The notes under the pieces: generated by a model
The model's database searches: none
What the model was told of the DNA's origin: nothing
Seen by the model: only the letters and a program-made list of their open reading frames with translations
In this document: positions 42,143 to 52,681 of the stretch, piece after piece
Layout: each line of letters begins with the position of its first letter
Numbering within the stretch: the stretch's first letter is position 1
Translations under genes and position numbers: made by a program
Source: an uncultured virus (IMG/VR IMGVR_UViG_3300010163_001998)
Lineage: Duplodnaviria; Heunggongvirae; Uroviricota; Caudoviricetes
Direction: 5' to 3' (one strand)
IMG/VR virus record: IMGVR_UViG_3300010163_001998
DNA: 61,547 nucleotides

Positions 42143-43069
42143 ATGAGTGTATTAAATGATGCAAAGCAGTTTTATAGTTACATATATAACAATCAAGGTG
42201 TGCTTGATGTAGTTAAGGTAATAGGACTTATATCCAGTAGGGATGAAGTAGACAGAAGGATTGATATAATAAATCAGATTTATAACCTACTATTAAGAAA
42301 GAATATAAAGACAGTAGATAAATTAGATAGATTAACAAATATATGGATAGATGCAACTAGGGAATTTGTAACTACTAATTTAAGCATGGGGGAACTGTGC
42401 GAAAAGTATAAAAGGGACACATTAGAAAAAGAAGTATATAAGTTTAATGAAGATATAGAACAATTAATGATATTTAATGACAGACACAACTTTAAAGAAA
42501 GTGCAGTAACATATTTGATATTCTGTGATAGTGGTGAGATAAGCGAAGAAGAATATAGTAATATACAGTTAATTATAGATAAGATTAAATATAAAGCAAC
42601 AAATCCAATAAGTGACGATAAAAATTCTACAACAGACCCAGAAAAATTGGAGAGAATCATAGATGAAAAGAATATAGACTTAAGAATACCAAAGTATTTT
42701 TATAACATACATGGAATAAATTGTAGGAAGTCTGATTTTGAGAAGTTTATTACAATAATATTAAAGCCTTACATTAAGAAAATTAAAAATGAAACACAAG
42801 AGATATTAAATAATCAAGATGATAGTGGTAGTGATATAGCAAATATTATAGGTTACTTCAATTATCTAACAGACAGCAGCATAAATAAAGATGACTACAA
42901 TGAGCAAGATAGAGAACTTAGAGAATTAATTATTAAGACATTTAGTAGTGAGCCTAATATAAAAGACCTTGATCATAAGAATAATAAATCAAACATCAGG
43001 TTTGATGATATGAAACCTGAAGAAAAAGAGAAATTAACTAAATATAAGAAGAGAAGAATACAATTCTAA
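42143..43069 (+). CDS. Hypothetical protein; paralog of the N-domain of 40860..42137
   Basis: RIDII, KPY, GYFNY, RELII. Confidence 0.8.
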   Translation: MSVLNDAKQFYSYIYNNQGVLDVVKVIGLISSRDEVDRRIDIINQIYNLLLRKNIKTVDKLDRLTNIWIDATREFVTTNLSMGELCEKYKRDTLEKEVYKFNEDIEQLMIFNDRHNFKESAVTYLIFCDSGEISEEEYSNIQLIIDKIKYKATNPISDDKNSTTDPEKLERIIDEKNIDLRIPKYFYNIHGINCRKSDFEKFITIILKPYIKKIKNETQEILNNQDDSGSDIANIIGYFNYLTDSSINKDDYNEQDRELRELIIKTFSSEPNIKDLDHKNNKSNIRFDDMKPEEKEKLTKYKKRRIQF

Positions 43070-43110
43070 TAAACATTTTAGTATACTAATTAATAAAATA
43101 GTTATACAAA

Positions 43111-44004
43111 ATGGGAAGGTATACTGCAATGGTTAATGAAAAGTGGATGATGGACATTAAGTATCAGATAGCTAACTGGTATAATAAATTAGGCATACTT
43201 GATAAATGTTGTGTAAATATTGATGCAGCAATAGATTCACAAGTAGCATTTGTATATGACACAATAGAAGACATGGCTTCTAGCCATGAAGTTATAGCAC
43301 TAGATATATTTAATAATGAGTTTGAGATACCGGGCTATGCATTGTCTAAAGATATTAAAAATGAGATGTTAAACATCAGATATGCAAATCCTGAAATACC
43401 CTTAGGCAAGACATTATTAAAAAGTGACAGAAGGTTTATAGTAATAAGACATAAAAGTAATCCTAAAAAACCAGTAGTTGTACAGGATATACCTATTGAT
43501 GTAGCTAAATTCCTTTTAGATCCCAAGAATGACTTTGATGAAAGTATATTTAACCATTTGATATTGAACAATTTCAAATTAGAATATAATGCCATACCTA
43601 TTTTTAAGAAAATACTTAAAATAGGACACAATGATTTCAAAAACAAAAACTTGATAATAACTAAAGACACAGATAATGAAGATGACAATAAATTAGATGT
43701 TGTTGATTATGTGATTAAAAAATATAACACAGTAGAAGCTAGTGAGTTTAAAAATATACTCGATGCAGATATGTATCAGAGACTTATAAATATTGCAACA
43801 CTCAAGAATATACATGAAAATACATTGATGTATAGAATATATTCAGGAATGAGTGAATCAGAAGCAATTGAGATTGGAATAGAAGAAAAAGAAAAATACT
43901 GTATAGGCAATAATTTATATAATAGCATAACTAATACGATATTAAGAGTGGTATTCTTCAAGGTAATAAGGGAATTTATAAAGGAGAATAATAAAAATGA
44001 GTGA
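43111..44004 (+). CDS. Family C paralog, putative DNA-binding protein
   Basis: ALDIFNNEF, NPEIP, IPIDV, KILKIG, IHENTLMYRIYSGMSESEAI, IREF. Confidence 0.8.
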   Translation: MGRYTAMVNEKWMMDIKYQIANWYNKLGILDKCCVNIDAAIDSQVAFVYDTIEDMASSHEVIALDIFNNEFEIPGYALSKDIKNEMLNIRYANPEIPLGKTLLKSDRRFIVIRHKSNPKKPVVVQDIPIDVAKFLLDPKNDFDESIFNHLILNNFKLEYNAIPIFKKILKIGHNDFKNKNLIITKDTDNEDDNKLDVVDYVIKKYNTVEASEFKNILDADMYQRLINIATLKNIHENTLMYRIYSGMSESEAIEIGIEEKEKYCIGNNLYNSITNTILRVVFFKVIREFIKENNKNE

Positions 44005-44920
44005 AATAGAAAGACAAACAACAGACTGGTTAGCTGGTGTAAAGGATGCAGTAAAGAAAGTAGCATACAGTGTAGGTATGAATCAAGGGCAATATAAGTC
44101 ACTTATAACATATGAACTTAAAGATTTTATATCTGCAATTCTATATACTACACAAAATAAGCTAATAGAATGCATAGATAGAGGTGAACTAAGGGCATTA
44201 GACCAGTTTGGAAATGAGTTTATAGTAAAGTCATGGGACAGGGATAATGTAGTTACAGACACAGAATTAATAAATGATGTAATATGTTTTAAAATGGACA
44301 ATCCAAATATACCATTTAAAGATATACTGATATTGTTGGGCACTAAGTTTAGTGTTATATACAATGTATTATCTGTTACAAGTCCTATAGATATTAGGTT
44401 TGCTAAAGAAGGACCCAAGATAGTACATATACCATTAGATATATGCAAGTATTTAGTTGAGAACAATTATGGCAATGATGTATTCGAACATTTATTAACT
44501 AATAGTTTCAATAGAAAAATAAAATATAACTTTGTTGAAGTATTAAGAAAGATAATAAAAATAGGTAAAGAATTTGATAATAAAAGCGCAGTCATTAAGT
44601 CTGACAGTAAACAACCTGATGGAGTAGTAGATTATGTGATATATAAGTATAACTCATGGGACATAAGTAAATTAGAAAGGCAGTTTAAAAATTCACGATC
44701 TCCTAAAGTAGTAAAAGAATTAGAATCAAAGTGTGTATCACTTGATATATCTTATAATAATGTAATGTACAGATATATTATGAAGAAAATACCATTGAAT
44801 GAATGCATTACAATGGGAATAGACGAAAGAGAACAATATAAAATAGATCATGACTTTAACTCAGGTATATATATACAAGTAGTTATAATAAATTTTTTAA
44901 TAATTTGTTTTATCAATTAG
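43997..44920 (+). CDS. Family C paralog
   Basis: ALDQFGNEF, NPNIP, IPLDI, YNFVEV, LDISYNNVMYR. Confidence 0.8.
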   Translation: MSEIERQTTDWLAGVKDAVKKVAYSVGMNQGQYKSLITYELKDFISAILYTTQNKLIECIDRGELRALDQFGNEFIVKSWDRDNVVTDTELINDVICFKMDNPNIPFKDILILLGTKFSVIYNVLSVTSPIDIRFAKEGPKIVHIPLDICKYLVENNYGNDVFEHLLTNSFNRKIKYNFVEVLRKIIKIGKEFDNKSAVIKSDSKQPDGVVDYVIYKYNSWDISKLERQFKNSRSPKVVKELESKCVSLDISYNNVMYRYIMKKIPLNECITMGIDEREQYKIDHDFNSGIYIQVVIINFLIICFIN

Positions 44921-44957
44921 TATTAGAACAGATAGCATCTGAAAATAAGGAGTAATT

Positions 44958-45800
44958 ATGACAGAACTCAACTATGCAAATAAAGAATATTGGGAAATAC
45001 GAAATTACCTGATTAAGGAAATTTTTATAATGTCTAAGACGGGTGACCTTAAAGCATTAGATCAGTTTGGAAATCAGTTTATATTGCTTCCATTAGCACT
45101 TAGGAGTGTAAACGTACTTGACAGATATATAGATGACATAATAAATTTTTATAGATACAATACTGAAATGAGTATATTTGATATTTTATTAAAGAGTGGT
45201 GTCAGGTTTAGTGTGTCAGACTTAAGAGTAGCTAAACATGACACAAAATTAGCTATAAATGAAATATTAAATATACCACCTGACATATACAGATTTTTGT
45301 TATTAAATAATTATGACAATGAATTAATAGAGACAGCCCTAAACGATACATTTTATATACCTTATAATTTTGTTGAAATCATTACAAAAATACTTAAAGT
45401 TGGCAAGGATTTTAAAGTTAAAAATAATATAATTAATTTTGACAATGATAAGGCTAGTGAGAATATATTAGACTACATAAAAGAAAAATATACTACGAGA
45501 ACGCCAAGTATACTTTATGCCAGTTGTAAATTCAAATTTGGTGCAGATTTTGTGACATACTTAAGTAATAAGTGCAGGACATTAGATATATCTTTTAATA
45601 ACATGATATATAGAGTACATGAATTAAATATGAGAATAAATGATGCAATTAAAATTGCAATAACTGAAAAAGAAAAATATGATATAACATTTAGAACAGG
45701 TTATGGATCAGTACACACATTTGGGTTAAATGAAGTATTTTATAATGTAGCAAGAGAATATATTAAGGATTTGGAGGATAAAGAGGATGGAGACAAATAA
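44958..45800 (+). CDS. Family C paralog
   Basis: ALDQFGNQF, IPPDI, YNFVEI, LDISFNNMIYR, AREY. Confidence 0.8.
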   Translation: MTELNYANKEYWEIRNYLIKEIFIMSKTGDLKALDQFGNQFILLPLALRSVNVLDRYIDDIINFYRYNTEMSIFDILLKSGVRFSVSDLRVAKHDTKLAINEILNIPPDIYRFLLLNNYDNELIETALNDTFYIPYNFVEIITKILKVGKDFKVKNNIINFDNDKASENILDYIKEKYTTRTPSILYASCKFKFGADFVTYLSNKCRTLDISFNNMIYRVHELNMRINDAIKIAITEKEKYDITFRTGYGSVHTFGLNEVFYNVAREYIKDLEDKEDGDK

Positions 45801-46668
45801 TAATCAAATAGCACCTTATTTAGAAGATGTAGTAGATGTAGTTGGTAATATATACAATGCCTTTGGATTGGATACATCAAATACATGTAAAAAGACAATT
45901 GAAAAATTAAAAGACTTACAAGAAATGATAGAATATAGTATAATAGAGGCATTAGCTAAAAGCCATGTAAAGACAGTTGATGCATTTGATAAGCCATTCA
46001 AAATGGGTAATATGTATTACTATTTAATGCCATACGTATCAAAAATAATAGATTTAAAATTAAAAAATCCTGACATGCCAATTGAAGATTTGGTAGTAAA
46101 CAGTGGTATAAAATTTAGCGTTGAGTATTTGAATGGTGATTCAGTACACATATTGAATATACCAGCAGATATATACAAGTTTTTAGTATTAAATAATTAT
46201 GACAGTCAAATAAAAGATGTATTGCATACAGCTGATTTTGGTATAACATATAATTATATAGATATATTTAAAAAAGTAATAAGGATAGGTGCAAATTTTG
46301 AAGATAAGAATAGAGTAGTAAACAGTGAAAAGCCAAGAGTAGGAGTTGTAACCTTTGTTGAGAATAAGTTAAACACTGTTCCATCAAAATTATTGTGTTA
46401 TGAATGTAACAAGCTAATAGGACATGATAACTATGTAAACTTGGTAGATAACTGTGAAAAATTAGATATACATTTATTTACTGCTGTTCATAGATTAATT
46501 AAACAACATATGAAATATCCTAAAGTATTGGAACTTGGAATAAAAGAAAAAAATGAATATAAGATAGGTTATTATACAGGTGAAAGTGGCATAGAATTAA
46601 AAGAAGCATTTTGTAAAATAATAAGAGATTACATGAGGAAAACTGAGAGATGGCATATAAAGGGATAA
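45787..46668 (+). CDS. Family C paralog
   Basis: VDAFDKPF, NPDMP, IPADI, YNYIDI, LDIHLFTAVHR, IRDY. Confidence 0.8.
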   Translation: METNNNQIAPYLEDVVDVVGNIYNAFGLDTSNTCKKTIEKLKDLQEMIEYSIIEALAKSHVKTVDAFDKPFKMGNMYYYLMPYVSKIIDLKLKNPDMPIEDLVVNSGIKFSVEYLNGDSVHILNIPADIYKFLVLNNYDSQIKDVLHTADFGITYNYIDIFKKVIRIGANFEDKNRVVNSEKPRVGVVTFVENKLNTVPSKLLCYECNKLIGHDNYVNLVDNCEKLDIHLFTAVHRLIKQHMKYPKVLELGIKEKNEYKIGYYTGESGIELKEAFCKIIRDYMRKTERWHIKG

Positions 46669-47192
46669 CAGACAATAAAAATTTAAACATACCAATACCA
46701 GATGATATAATTTCATTCTTAAAAGAAAATAAGTATGACAATGACTTATTATATGATGTTGTATATAATACATACAACATATATTATAATTTTGCTGAAA
46801 TATTTAAATTGACACTAAAGATAGGAAAAGGCTTTAGAATTAAAAGCATAGCAATGAACATAAATGATGAACAAAAAAGTATAAGTGCATTGCAATATAC
46901 AGTTAAACAGTATACACCTAGAAGTCCAATTGCATTAATGAATGCATTTGATAATATGGGTGATATATCAGAAATAATAGACATAACAAAAAATTTAAAT
47001 ATACATACATTAACCATGTTGTATAGAATGCTCTACAATAATATGTGTAATGATGAAGCAATAAAACTTGGTGTGACAGATAAAGATAAGTATAATATAA
47101 CTTTTAATACATGTAGAGAAACAAGTATTGCAGGTATACGTCAAGTGTTTATTCAGGTAGCAAGAGAATATATGAAATCGAAAGAGCAGTAG
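46650..47192 (+). CDS. Family C paralog lacking the N-terminal part
   Basis: Starts at IPDDI; YNFAEI, LNIHTLTMLYR, AREY. Confidence 0.78.
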   Translation: MAYKGITDNKNLNIPIPDDIISFLKENKYDNDLLYDVVYNTYNIYYNFAEIFKLTLKIGKGFRIKSIAMNINDEQKSISALQYTVKQYTPRSPIALMNAFDNMGDISEIIDITKNLNIHTLTMLYRMLYNNMCNDEAIKLGVTDKDKYNITFNTCRETSIAGIRQVFIQVAREYMKSKEQ

Positions 47193-47202
47193 AGAGGGTA
47201 AC

Positions 47203-47982
47203 ATGAAAAATAAAGAAGAGATCATAGAAAAAACACTAAATGATTTAAGGGGCAAACAAATTACGGCTATAGACGTATTTAATAAAGAGTTTACAATTAA
47301 TACAGAGTATATTGAGCAGTTTGTATCTGATAATATAAAAGAAATGCTTAGTATAAAATCAAGAAAGCCTAGTATAGAAATAGAATCTTCATTAAAGTTC
47401 AGTAATAAACGATTTTGTGCATTATATGAAAATAAAGATGACAATGAAGCCATAGCAGTAGTGGATATGCCAGAGGATATATTTAAATTCTTAGTAACTA
47501 ATGAGTATGACAATGAAACAATCGAAAAGATAGCAGAAGAAAAATTAGCTATGCAGTACAATTATGTAGAAATAATCAAAAAGACATTAAAAATAGGTAG
47601 AAACTTTAAGAAAAAGAATACTGTAGTTAATGCAAACACAGATGAAGGTAAATTATGTGCTATAGACTACGTAACAAATAAGTTAAATCCTATACCATCA
47701 TATATATTATATTCAAAATACATATTAAAATATGGAAAGGACAAAAGTGATAGGTTATTAAAAGATTGTGTGAGATTAGGTATACATTCAAGAACTGTGC
47801 TTTATAGAGAATTATATGAAAATATGACAACTGAAAAAGCAATAGACATTGGTATAGAAGAAAGCAATAAGTATGGTATAAGATCCGAAGTTGATGTAAA
47901 ATTTACCATTGGAGTAAAGAAAATATGCTGTAACATAATAAGGGAATACATGAAAGAAAATCAAGATAAACAACCTAAATAA
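47203..47982 (+). CDS. Family C paralog
   Basis: AIDVFNKEF, MPEDI, YNYVEI, LGIHSRTVLYR, IREY. Confidence 0.8.
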   Translation: MKNKEEIIEKTLNDLRGKQITAIDVFNKEFTINTEYIEQFVSDNIKEMLSIKSRKPSIEIESSLKFSNKRFCALYENKDDNEAIAVVDMPEDIFKFLVTNEYDNETIEKIAEEKLAMQYNYVEIIKKTLKIGRNFKKKNTVVNANTDEGKLCAIDYVTNKLNPIPSYILYSKYILKYGKDKSDRLLKDCVRLGIHSRTVLYRELYENMTTEKAIDIGIEESNKYGIRSEVDVKFTIGVKKICCNIIREYMKENQDKQPK

Positions 47983-48275
47983 ATCAATTAAGAGTTAAAA
48001 ACATGTAAATAAAGTATAAATAGACATCCTATAATAAACTAGTTGATAAATTGGATTAAGCATATAAAAACAGATATAATTTGTAAAAAATTTAATAAGC
48101 ATTTTTGTAAATATTAAATTTAATATCAGTAATTTATTGTTATAAATTTTTTATAACATATACATGCAATTTTAAATAAAAATTAAAAAATCATTACGCA
48201 TTGAAATAGAGAAAATTTATTGTAATAGAATATAATCTTTGTAAAAATATGGATGAACAATGCCAAAATTTAGGA

Positions 48276-48304
48276 TTGACAAAATGGTATTTTTATGTTA
48301 AAAT
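48276..48304 (+). promoter_or_regulatory. Sigma-A/sigma-70-type promoter
   Basis: TTGACA, 17-nt spacer, TAAAAT with extended -10 TG; AAAGGAG RBS downstream. Confidence 0.8.
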
Positions 48305-48338
48305 ATAGTGTAGAGATAGAGAAAGGAGATATCATTTA

Positions 48339-49577
48339 ATGATCGTAAAGAGGCTTAAAGAATTGTATGACGTAGATACTATCTCACAAGATAAGGGCTG
48401 GAAAAAACTGCAAGATGCAATAAGTGAAGTTACTAAAGACAATGAAGAAGTTACCATAGACTTTACTGGAACTAATGTGGTAGACCCTTGGAATTGTGTA
48501 GAATTTAGAAAACTATTGCAGAATCCTTTGCTATATATGGAGTTTACAAATAGCCCTGAAACAGTTAAGCGGTTAAAAATTATGTGTGTCATTGAAGGTT
48601 TAGATGATAAGCACATAACAAATAAGATAGTAGAGATTCCAAGGGAAAAGACAGCAGAAGAAAAGAAAATAGAACGCCTTGGAAGAGAGTTGGTACCTTA
48701 CTTTGTAGTGAGCCAGGACAATCCAGAAGAAGCAACATTTAAGTTTTCTAGTAAGTATACACAGGTACATAGTACTAATACTTTGGCATATGTAAAGTTT
48801 GCAATTGGACTTATGGTATCAGAACATGGTATGAAAAGAATCATACTTGACATTAATGGAATTTCAATTCTGAATAATGTCATTGAAGGCTTGGTTAATA
48901 TCATTGTAGCATACAAGAAAATGAATGTTGACGTTTTTGTCGAGGTTACAAACAAGGACGTAATAACAAGTCTAAAATTATTTTTACATAAAGCAACCAG
49001 TAAAATGTATAACAGCAGAGAGAAAGTAAAGATATTGCAGCAGAATTTAAAAATAAATACTGCTGGAATGCTATTAAGATATAAGAAAAGTAAGGCACTT
49101 GATGAATTTGGTCGTCATGGCAACGGAGAAATTATAAGCAGTCGTATAGCATTGTTTAAGGGCATCAAGCTTGACAAGAATGGACACAATGTAGCAATTA
49201 TCCAGTCATTTAATAACAACTACTTTTATACAAAGACACATTGGATGGTTGAACATGATGATGAAATACCAACCAGTTTACATCCTGAAATAGTCGAAAT
49301 AACAATGGATGAATTAGGGTATGGAGATGTATTTTTGGGTAGTCAGTATCATTTCATGTTACCCATTCAACAAGATGTAAGCGAAAATAAGACTATCATA
49401 ACTGAACTTACAGAAAAAGGAAGTAACGTTAAGGTAAATTGTACAATACCAGAAAGGATTAAGTTAGTATTTGACGATTGGGGTATTCAGTATGATAAGG
49501 AAACACTAAATAAATCAATCATAGAAACAAGAAAAAATCTGAATCTACCCTTAAATGATAAGATAGCACTTGATTAA
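48339..49577 (+). CDS. Hypothetical protein, possibly with two STAS-like segments
   Basis: 412 aa; VTIDFTGTNVVD and IILDINGISI resemble the STAS beta-DxxG pattern. Confidence 0.75.
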   Translation: MIVKRLKELYDVDTISQDKGWKKLQDAISEVTKDNEEVTIDFTGTNVVDPWNCVEFRKLLQNPLLYMEFTNSPETVKRLKIMCVIEGLDDKHITNKIVEIPREKTAEEKKIERLGRELVPYFVVSQDNPEEATFKFSSKYTQVHSTNTLAYVKFAIGLMVSEHGMKRIILDINGISILNNVIEGLVNIIVAYKKMNVDVFVEVTNKDVITSLKLFLHKATSKMYNSREKVKILQQNLKINTAGMLLRYKKSKALDEFGRHGNGEIISSRIALFKGIKLDKNGHNVAIIQSFNNNYFYTKTHWMVEHDDEIPTSLHPEIVEITMDELGYGDVFLGSQYHFMLPIQQDVSENKTIITELTEKGSNVKVNCTIPERIKLVFDDWGIQYDKETLNKSIIETRKNLNLPLNDKIALD

Positions 49578-49606
49578 AAAGCTTTTAACTATTACCTCTT
49601 TTTCAT

Positions 49607-49645
49607 AACATGGGATGTTAGCTTAGGTTAACATCCCATGTTTTA
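49607..49645 (+). terminator. Rho-independent terminator
   Basis: AACATGGGATGTTA / TAACATCCCATGTT followed by T. Confidence 0.8.
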
Positions 49646-49743
49646 TTGTGCCTAACAAAAGGCATATAGGTATAAAATCATATAATTTTTATTTTTTTAA
49701 TACTTGATTTATAAAATATAAGAAGGCATAGGTACATAATGAT

Positions 49744-52077
49744 ATGGCAAACGAGTATTTAGATAATATTCAAAAAGAATTAGAAGAACTAGGAGTAAAA
49801 CCACAGGGCAATCAAAAAAAGAAAGATAACCTAACAACACGTAATACAGACATTATGGATGACAATTGTTTAAAAACAATACTTGAGATGGAGCAAATTA
49901 CTGGTACAAAATATAGTGATGAACAAAAGGCAATCTTAAGCACATCTGGTAATACATGTATATTAGCATCAGCAGGTTCAGGTAAGACAACAGTAAGCAC
50001 ACATTTAATAGCTAAACGTATTAAGACTGGTGAAATTAAAAATGTAAGCAAGATGATATATACAACATATAGTAAAGCTGGACAATTGGAAATGCAAGGC
50101 AGATTAAACAAGCTGCTTAAACAGCTTAATATAAATGAGAATGTATCAGTAAGAACATTACATTCATTCTTCCTACAAGTGTTGCGCACATTTGGTGTTA
50201 ATTCAGAAATTATAAAAGAAAAAATAAGAAGTAAGTACATTAGAGAAGCTTGTGATGATGCTGGTTTTACACATAAAGATGATGAACTTATGTTAGTAGA
50301 TAATTTACTTAGCTTTCAAGTAAATAATATATTAAGTGATAAGAAAACAGTAGAATCATATGTAAACACATTAGATAACTTGACACTGGAACAGTACTCA
50401 AAAATTAGGTCAGGCTATGCAAGTAGAAAGGTGGCCAAGGGTTTAATTGACTATGACGATATGCAAAGCTATTTATACCTTTGGTTAGTTAAGTTTGCAA
50501 AGAGTGACAAAGAATCAGAGAGACAAGTAGCAGAATCAGTAAGAAATTATTGTAAGGCAATGTGGACAGATTTCTACATTGATGAGGCTCAGGATGTAAG
50601 CAAGATTCAGTTTGCAATACTTAGAGCAATTATAACAGATCCTAACGACAAAAACAAGCTAACAGCAGGTTTAGTGTTTATAGGTGATGACGATCAGTGT
50701 ATTTATACTTGGCGTGGTAGTGACCCAAGCATTATTTTAACAATTGGGCCTACTTTTAATATGCAAACAAACCAGCTTACAACAAACTATAGATGCCTTA
50801 GCGAAATAGTTGATTATGCATCTAGAGGTATCAGATGCAATGGAAATAGATATGAAAAAACAATGAAAGCAAGTAATCACGGTGGCTCTGTTAAAATAGC
50901 AGTATCAGATAGAAAAGACTTATGTTCACTAAGTATAGTGGCATTAAATCAGATAAAATATTGGTTAAAAAATGGTGAAAACCTAAAAGATATAGCTGTA
51001 TTAAGTAGAAACAACTTTCATTTAGCATTATTAAGCAATATGCTACTTAGAGAAGGTATATATTGCAATATGACTGAGGACATGAAATTAACCAAGTCAT
51101 ACATGTATCAAGATATTAAAATGTTGATTGATATAACAGAGCCAAACTGGAATTACAATTTAACAGAGAAAATTTTATGGAAGCTATGTAGATATATGGG
51201 TGTAAGTAATTCAAAAGCAATAGCAAACTTCCAAAGTAATTGTGCATTAACCTTAGTTGATGCTTTAGGATATATAGTAAAACATTTTATAAATAGAAAT
51301 ATAGCATTTGATAAAAGACTAAATGTTAACTTACAAGCAGAAGAAAAAATCAAGTACTTTATAGAGAATAGACTGCAAGAAGATACTAAGAATGACATTT
51401 ATATGGTATATCAAGCCTTATCAAATCCTAACAAGGCAGAATGTTTAAAAGTTCTCATGTTCCAGTATGTAGAGCAAAGCAGTTTCTTATATAAGACACA
51501 AGATAAAATGAGATCAATATTAGGTCTAAGGACTTATATAAACAATCTTTTAATTAAAGATGGCTTTGATAAAATGAAAGACTTCCTAAGAGTAACTGAA
51601 CAGTTAGAATACGGTAATATGGTTATACCTGGAGAAAAAATGACATTAACCACTATACATAGTGCAAAAGGCAGAGAATGGAAAAATGTCATTATGTTTG
51701 CTTCTGACAATGTAAGCGAGCCTTCATTCGATGGTATAGTTCATATGATAGAGGATGGAATATCAGTACATGATATATGTGAACATCTAAGTGAAGAGAG
51801 GAGGTTATTTTATGTAGGCAATACAAGAGCAAAAGAAAACCTTGTGACTATTACATCAACAGAGCCAAGCGTATTTATACTTGAAAACTTAGGTATAATA
51901 GACAATACAAATAATGAAGCAAACACCAATATAATAAAGTATGCACAAAACAAGGATTGGTTTATAGGAACACCATTAGAGGAAGAATTTAAAAAAGAAG
52001 TCTTTGATAAGACTAGTAAGTATTATTATGATTACAGCTTATATACGTCAATGCAACCCCAAAATAAAACAGAATAA
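49744..52077 (+). CDS. UvrD/PcrA/Rep-family SF1A DNA helicase
   Basis: ASAGSGKTT, TLHSF, DYDDM, IDEAQD, GDDDQCIYTWRG, NYR, TIHSAKGREW, EERRLFYVGNTRAK. Confidence 0.93.
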   Translation: MANEYLDNIQKELEELGVKPQGNQKKKDNLTTRNTDIMDDNCLKTILEMEQITGTKYSDEQKAILSTSGNTCILASAGSGKTTVSTHLIAKRIKTGEIKNVSKMIYTTYSKAGQLEMQGRLNKLLKQLNINENVSVRTLHSFFLQVLRTFGVNSEIIKEKIRSKYIREACDDAGFTHKDDELMLVDNLLSFQVNNILSDKKTVESYVNTLDNLTLEQYSKIRSGYASRKVAKGLIDYDDMQSYLYLWLVKFAKSDKESERQVAESVRNYCKAMWTDFYIDEAQDVSKIQFAILRAIITDPNDKNKLTAGLVFIGDDDQCIYTWRGSDPSIILTIGPTFNMQTNQLTTNYRCLSEIVDYASRGIRCNGNRYEKTMKASNHGGSVKIAVSDRKDLCSLSIVALNQIKYWLKNGENLKDIAVLSRNNFHLALLSNMLLREGIYCNMTEDMKLTKSYMYQDIKMLIDITEPNWNYNLTEKILWKLCRYMGVSNSKAIANFQSNCALTLVDALGYIVKHFINRNIAFDKRLNVNLQAEEKIKYFIENRLQEDTKNDIYMVYQALSNPNKAECLKVLMFQYVEQSSFLYKTQDKMRSILGLRTYINNLLIKDGFDKMKDFLRVTEQLEYGNMVIPGEKMTLTTIHSAKGREWKNVIMFASDNVSEPSFDGIVHMIEDGISVHDICEHLSEERRLFYVGNTRAKENLVTITSTEPSVFILENLGIIDNTNNEANTNIIKYAQNKDWFIGTPLEEEFKKEVFDKTSKYYYDYSLYTSMQPQNKTE

Positions 52078-52234
52078 GTATAGGAGGAAAAAAAGAAATG
52101 GAAATGGAACCAGCAAAAGCATACTGCATATTTGTTTTTGTGTTAGCAGCATTAGTATCATTTGTAGTTCTATACTACATAGTATAAATCATATACAAAA
52201 CAGAATAAGCATAGGAGGAAAAAAGAAATGGAAA
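52066..52234. repeat. ~38-bp direct repeat pair containing RBS and start codon
   Basis: AAAACAGAATAAG[T/C]ATAGGAGGAAAAAA(A)GAAATGGAAA at 52066 and 52197. Confidence 0.85.
52098..52187 (+). CDS. 29-aa single-TM micropeptide
   Basis: AGGAGG RBS; MEMEPAKAYCIFVFVLAALVSFVVLYYIV. Confidence 0.5.
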   Translation: MEMEPAKAYCIFVFVLAALVSFVVLYYIV

Positions 52235-52303
52235 CCATTATGAATCGTCCACAAAGCATAATATATGACAAGAAAAGTGCAAGCTTGCAACAGTAGGGGA
52301 AGT

Positions 52304-52546
52304 ATGGGTAAATTAAAACAAATAATAATCTACATATCAAAAATCATATATTACATAATACTGATAGTACTATTCATTATATGTGCAGATTACTTAGGAA
52401 TGTTCAATACAATTGAGAACATATCACACATAGCCATGGAAACAACTTATGACAACACAGAAGAAAATAAAGAATGCACCAAACACATTAGAACAAATAT
52501 AAATGCAAATAAAGAGGATATCACTAAAAAAACTAGTGATAAATAA
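52304..52546 (+). CDS. Small single-TM protein
   Basis: IIYYIILIVLFIICA; start moved to the ATG after AGGGGA. Confidence 0.6.
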   Translation: MGKLKQIIIYISKIIYYIILIVLFIICADYLGMFNTIENISHIAMETTYDNTEENKECTKHIRTNINANKEDITKKTSDK

Positions 52547-52681
52547 AAACATACAAGAGATAATGATTAATAAAGATGCAATAAGAGGTAGATGATTCAG
52601 TAGTATTTAACAAACCAACCACTTCTTATTGCATTAATATATAATAGAAAAATTATTTCTATAAGGAGATTAAAAGACACA

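Noticed and set aside
9282..47982. Diversity-generating retroelement as the source of paralog variation
   Set aside because: No reverse transcriptase in the window, and no TR/VR pair with adenine-specific mismatches was seen.
52004..52243. 79-aa ORF overlapping the helicase 3' end
   Set aside because: No RBS and a long overlap; the region is better explained by the RBS-linked micro-ORFs.
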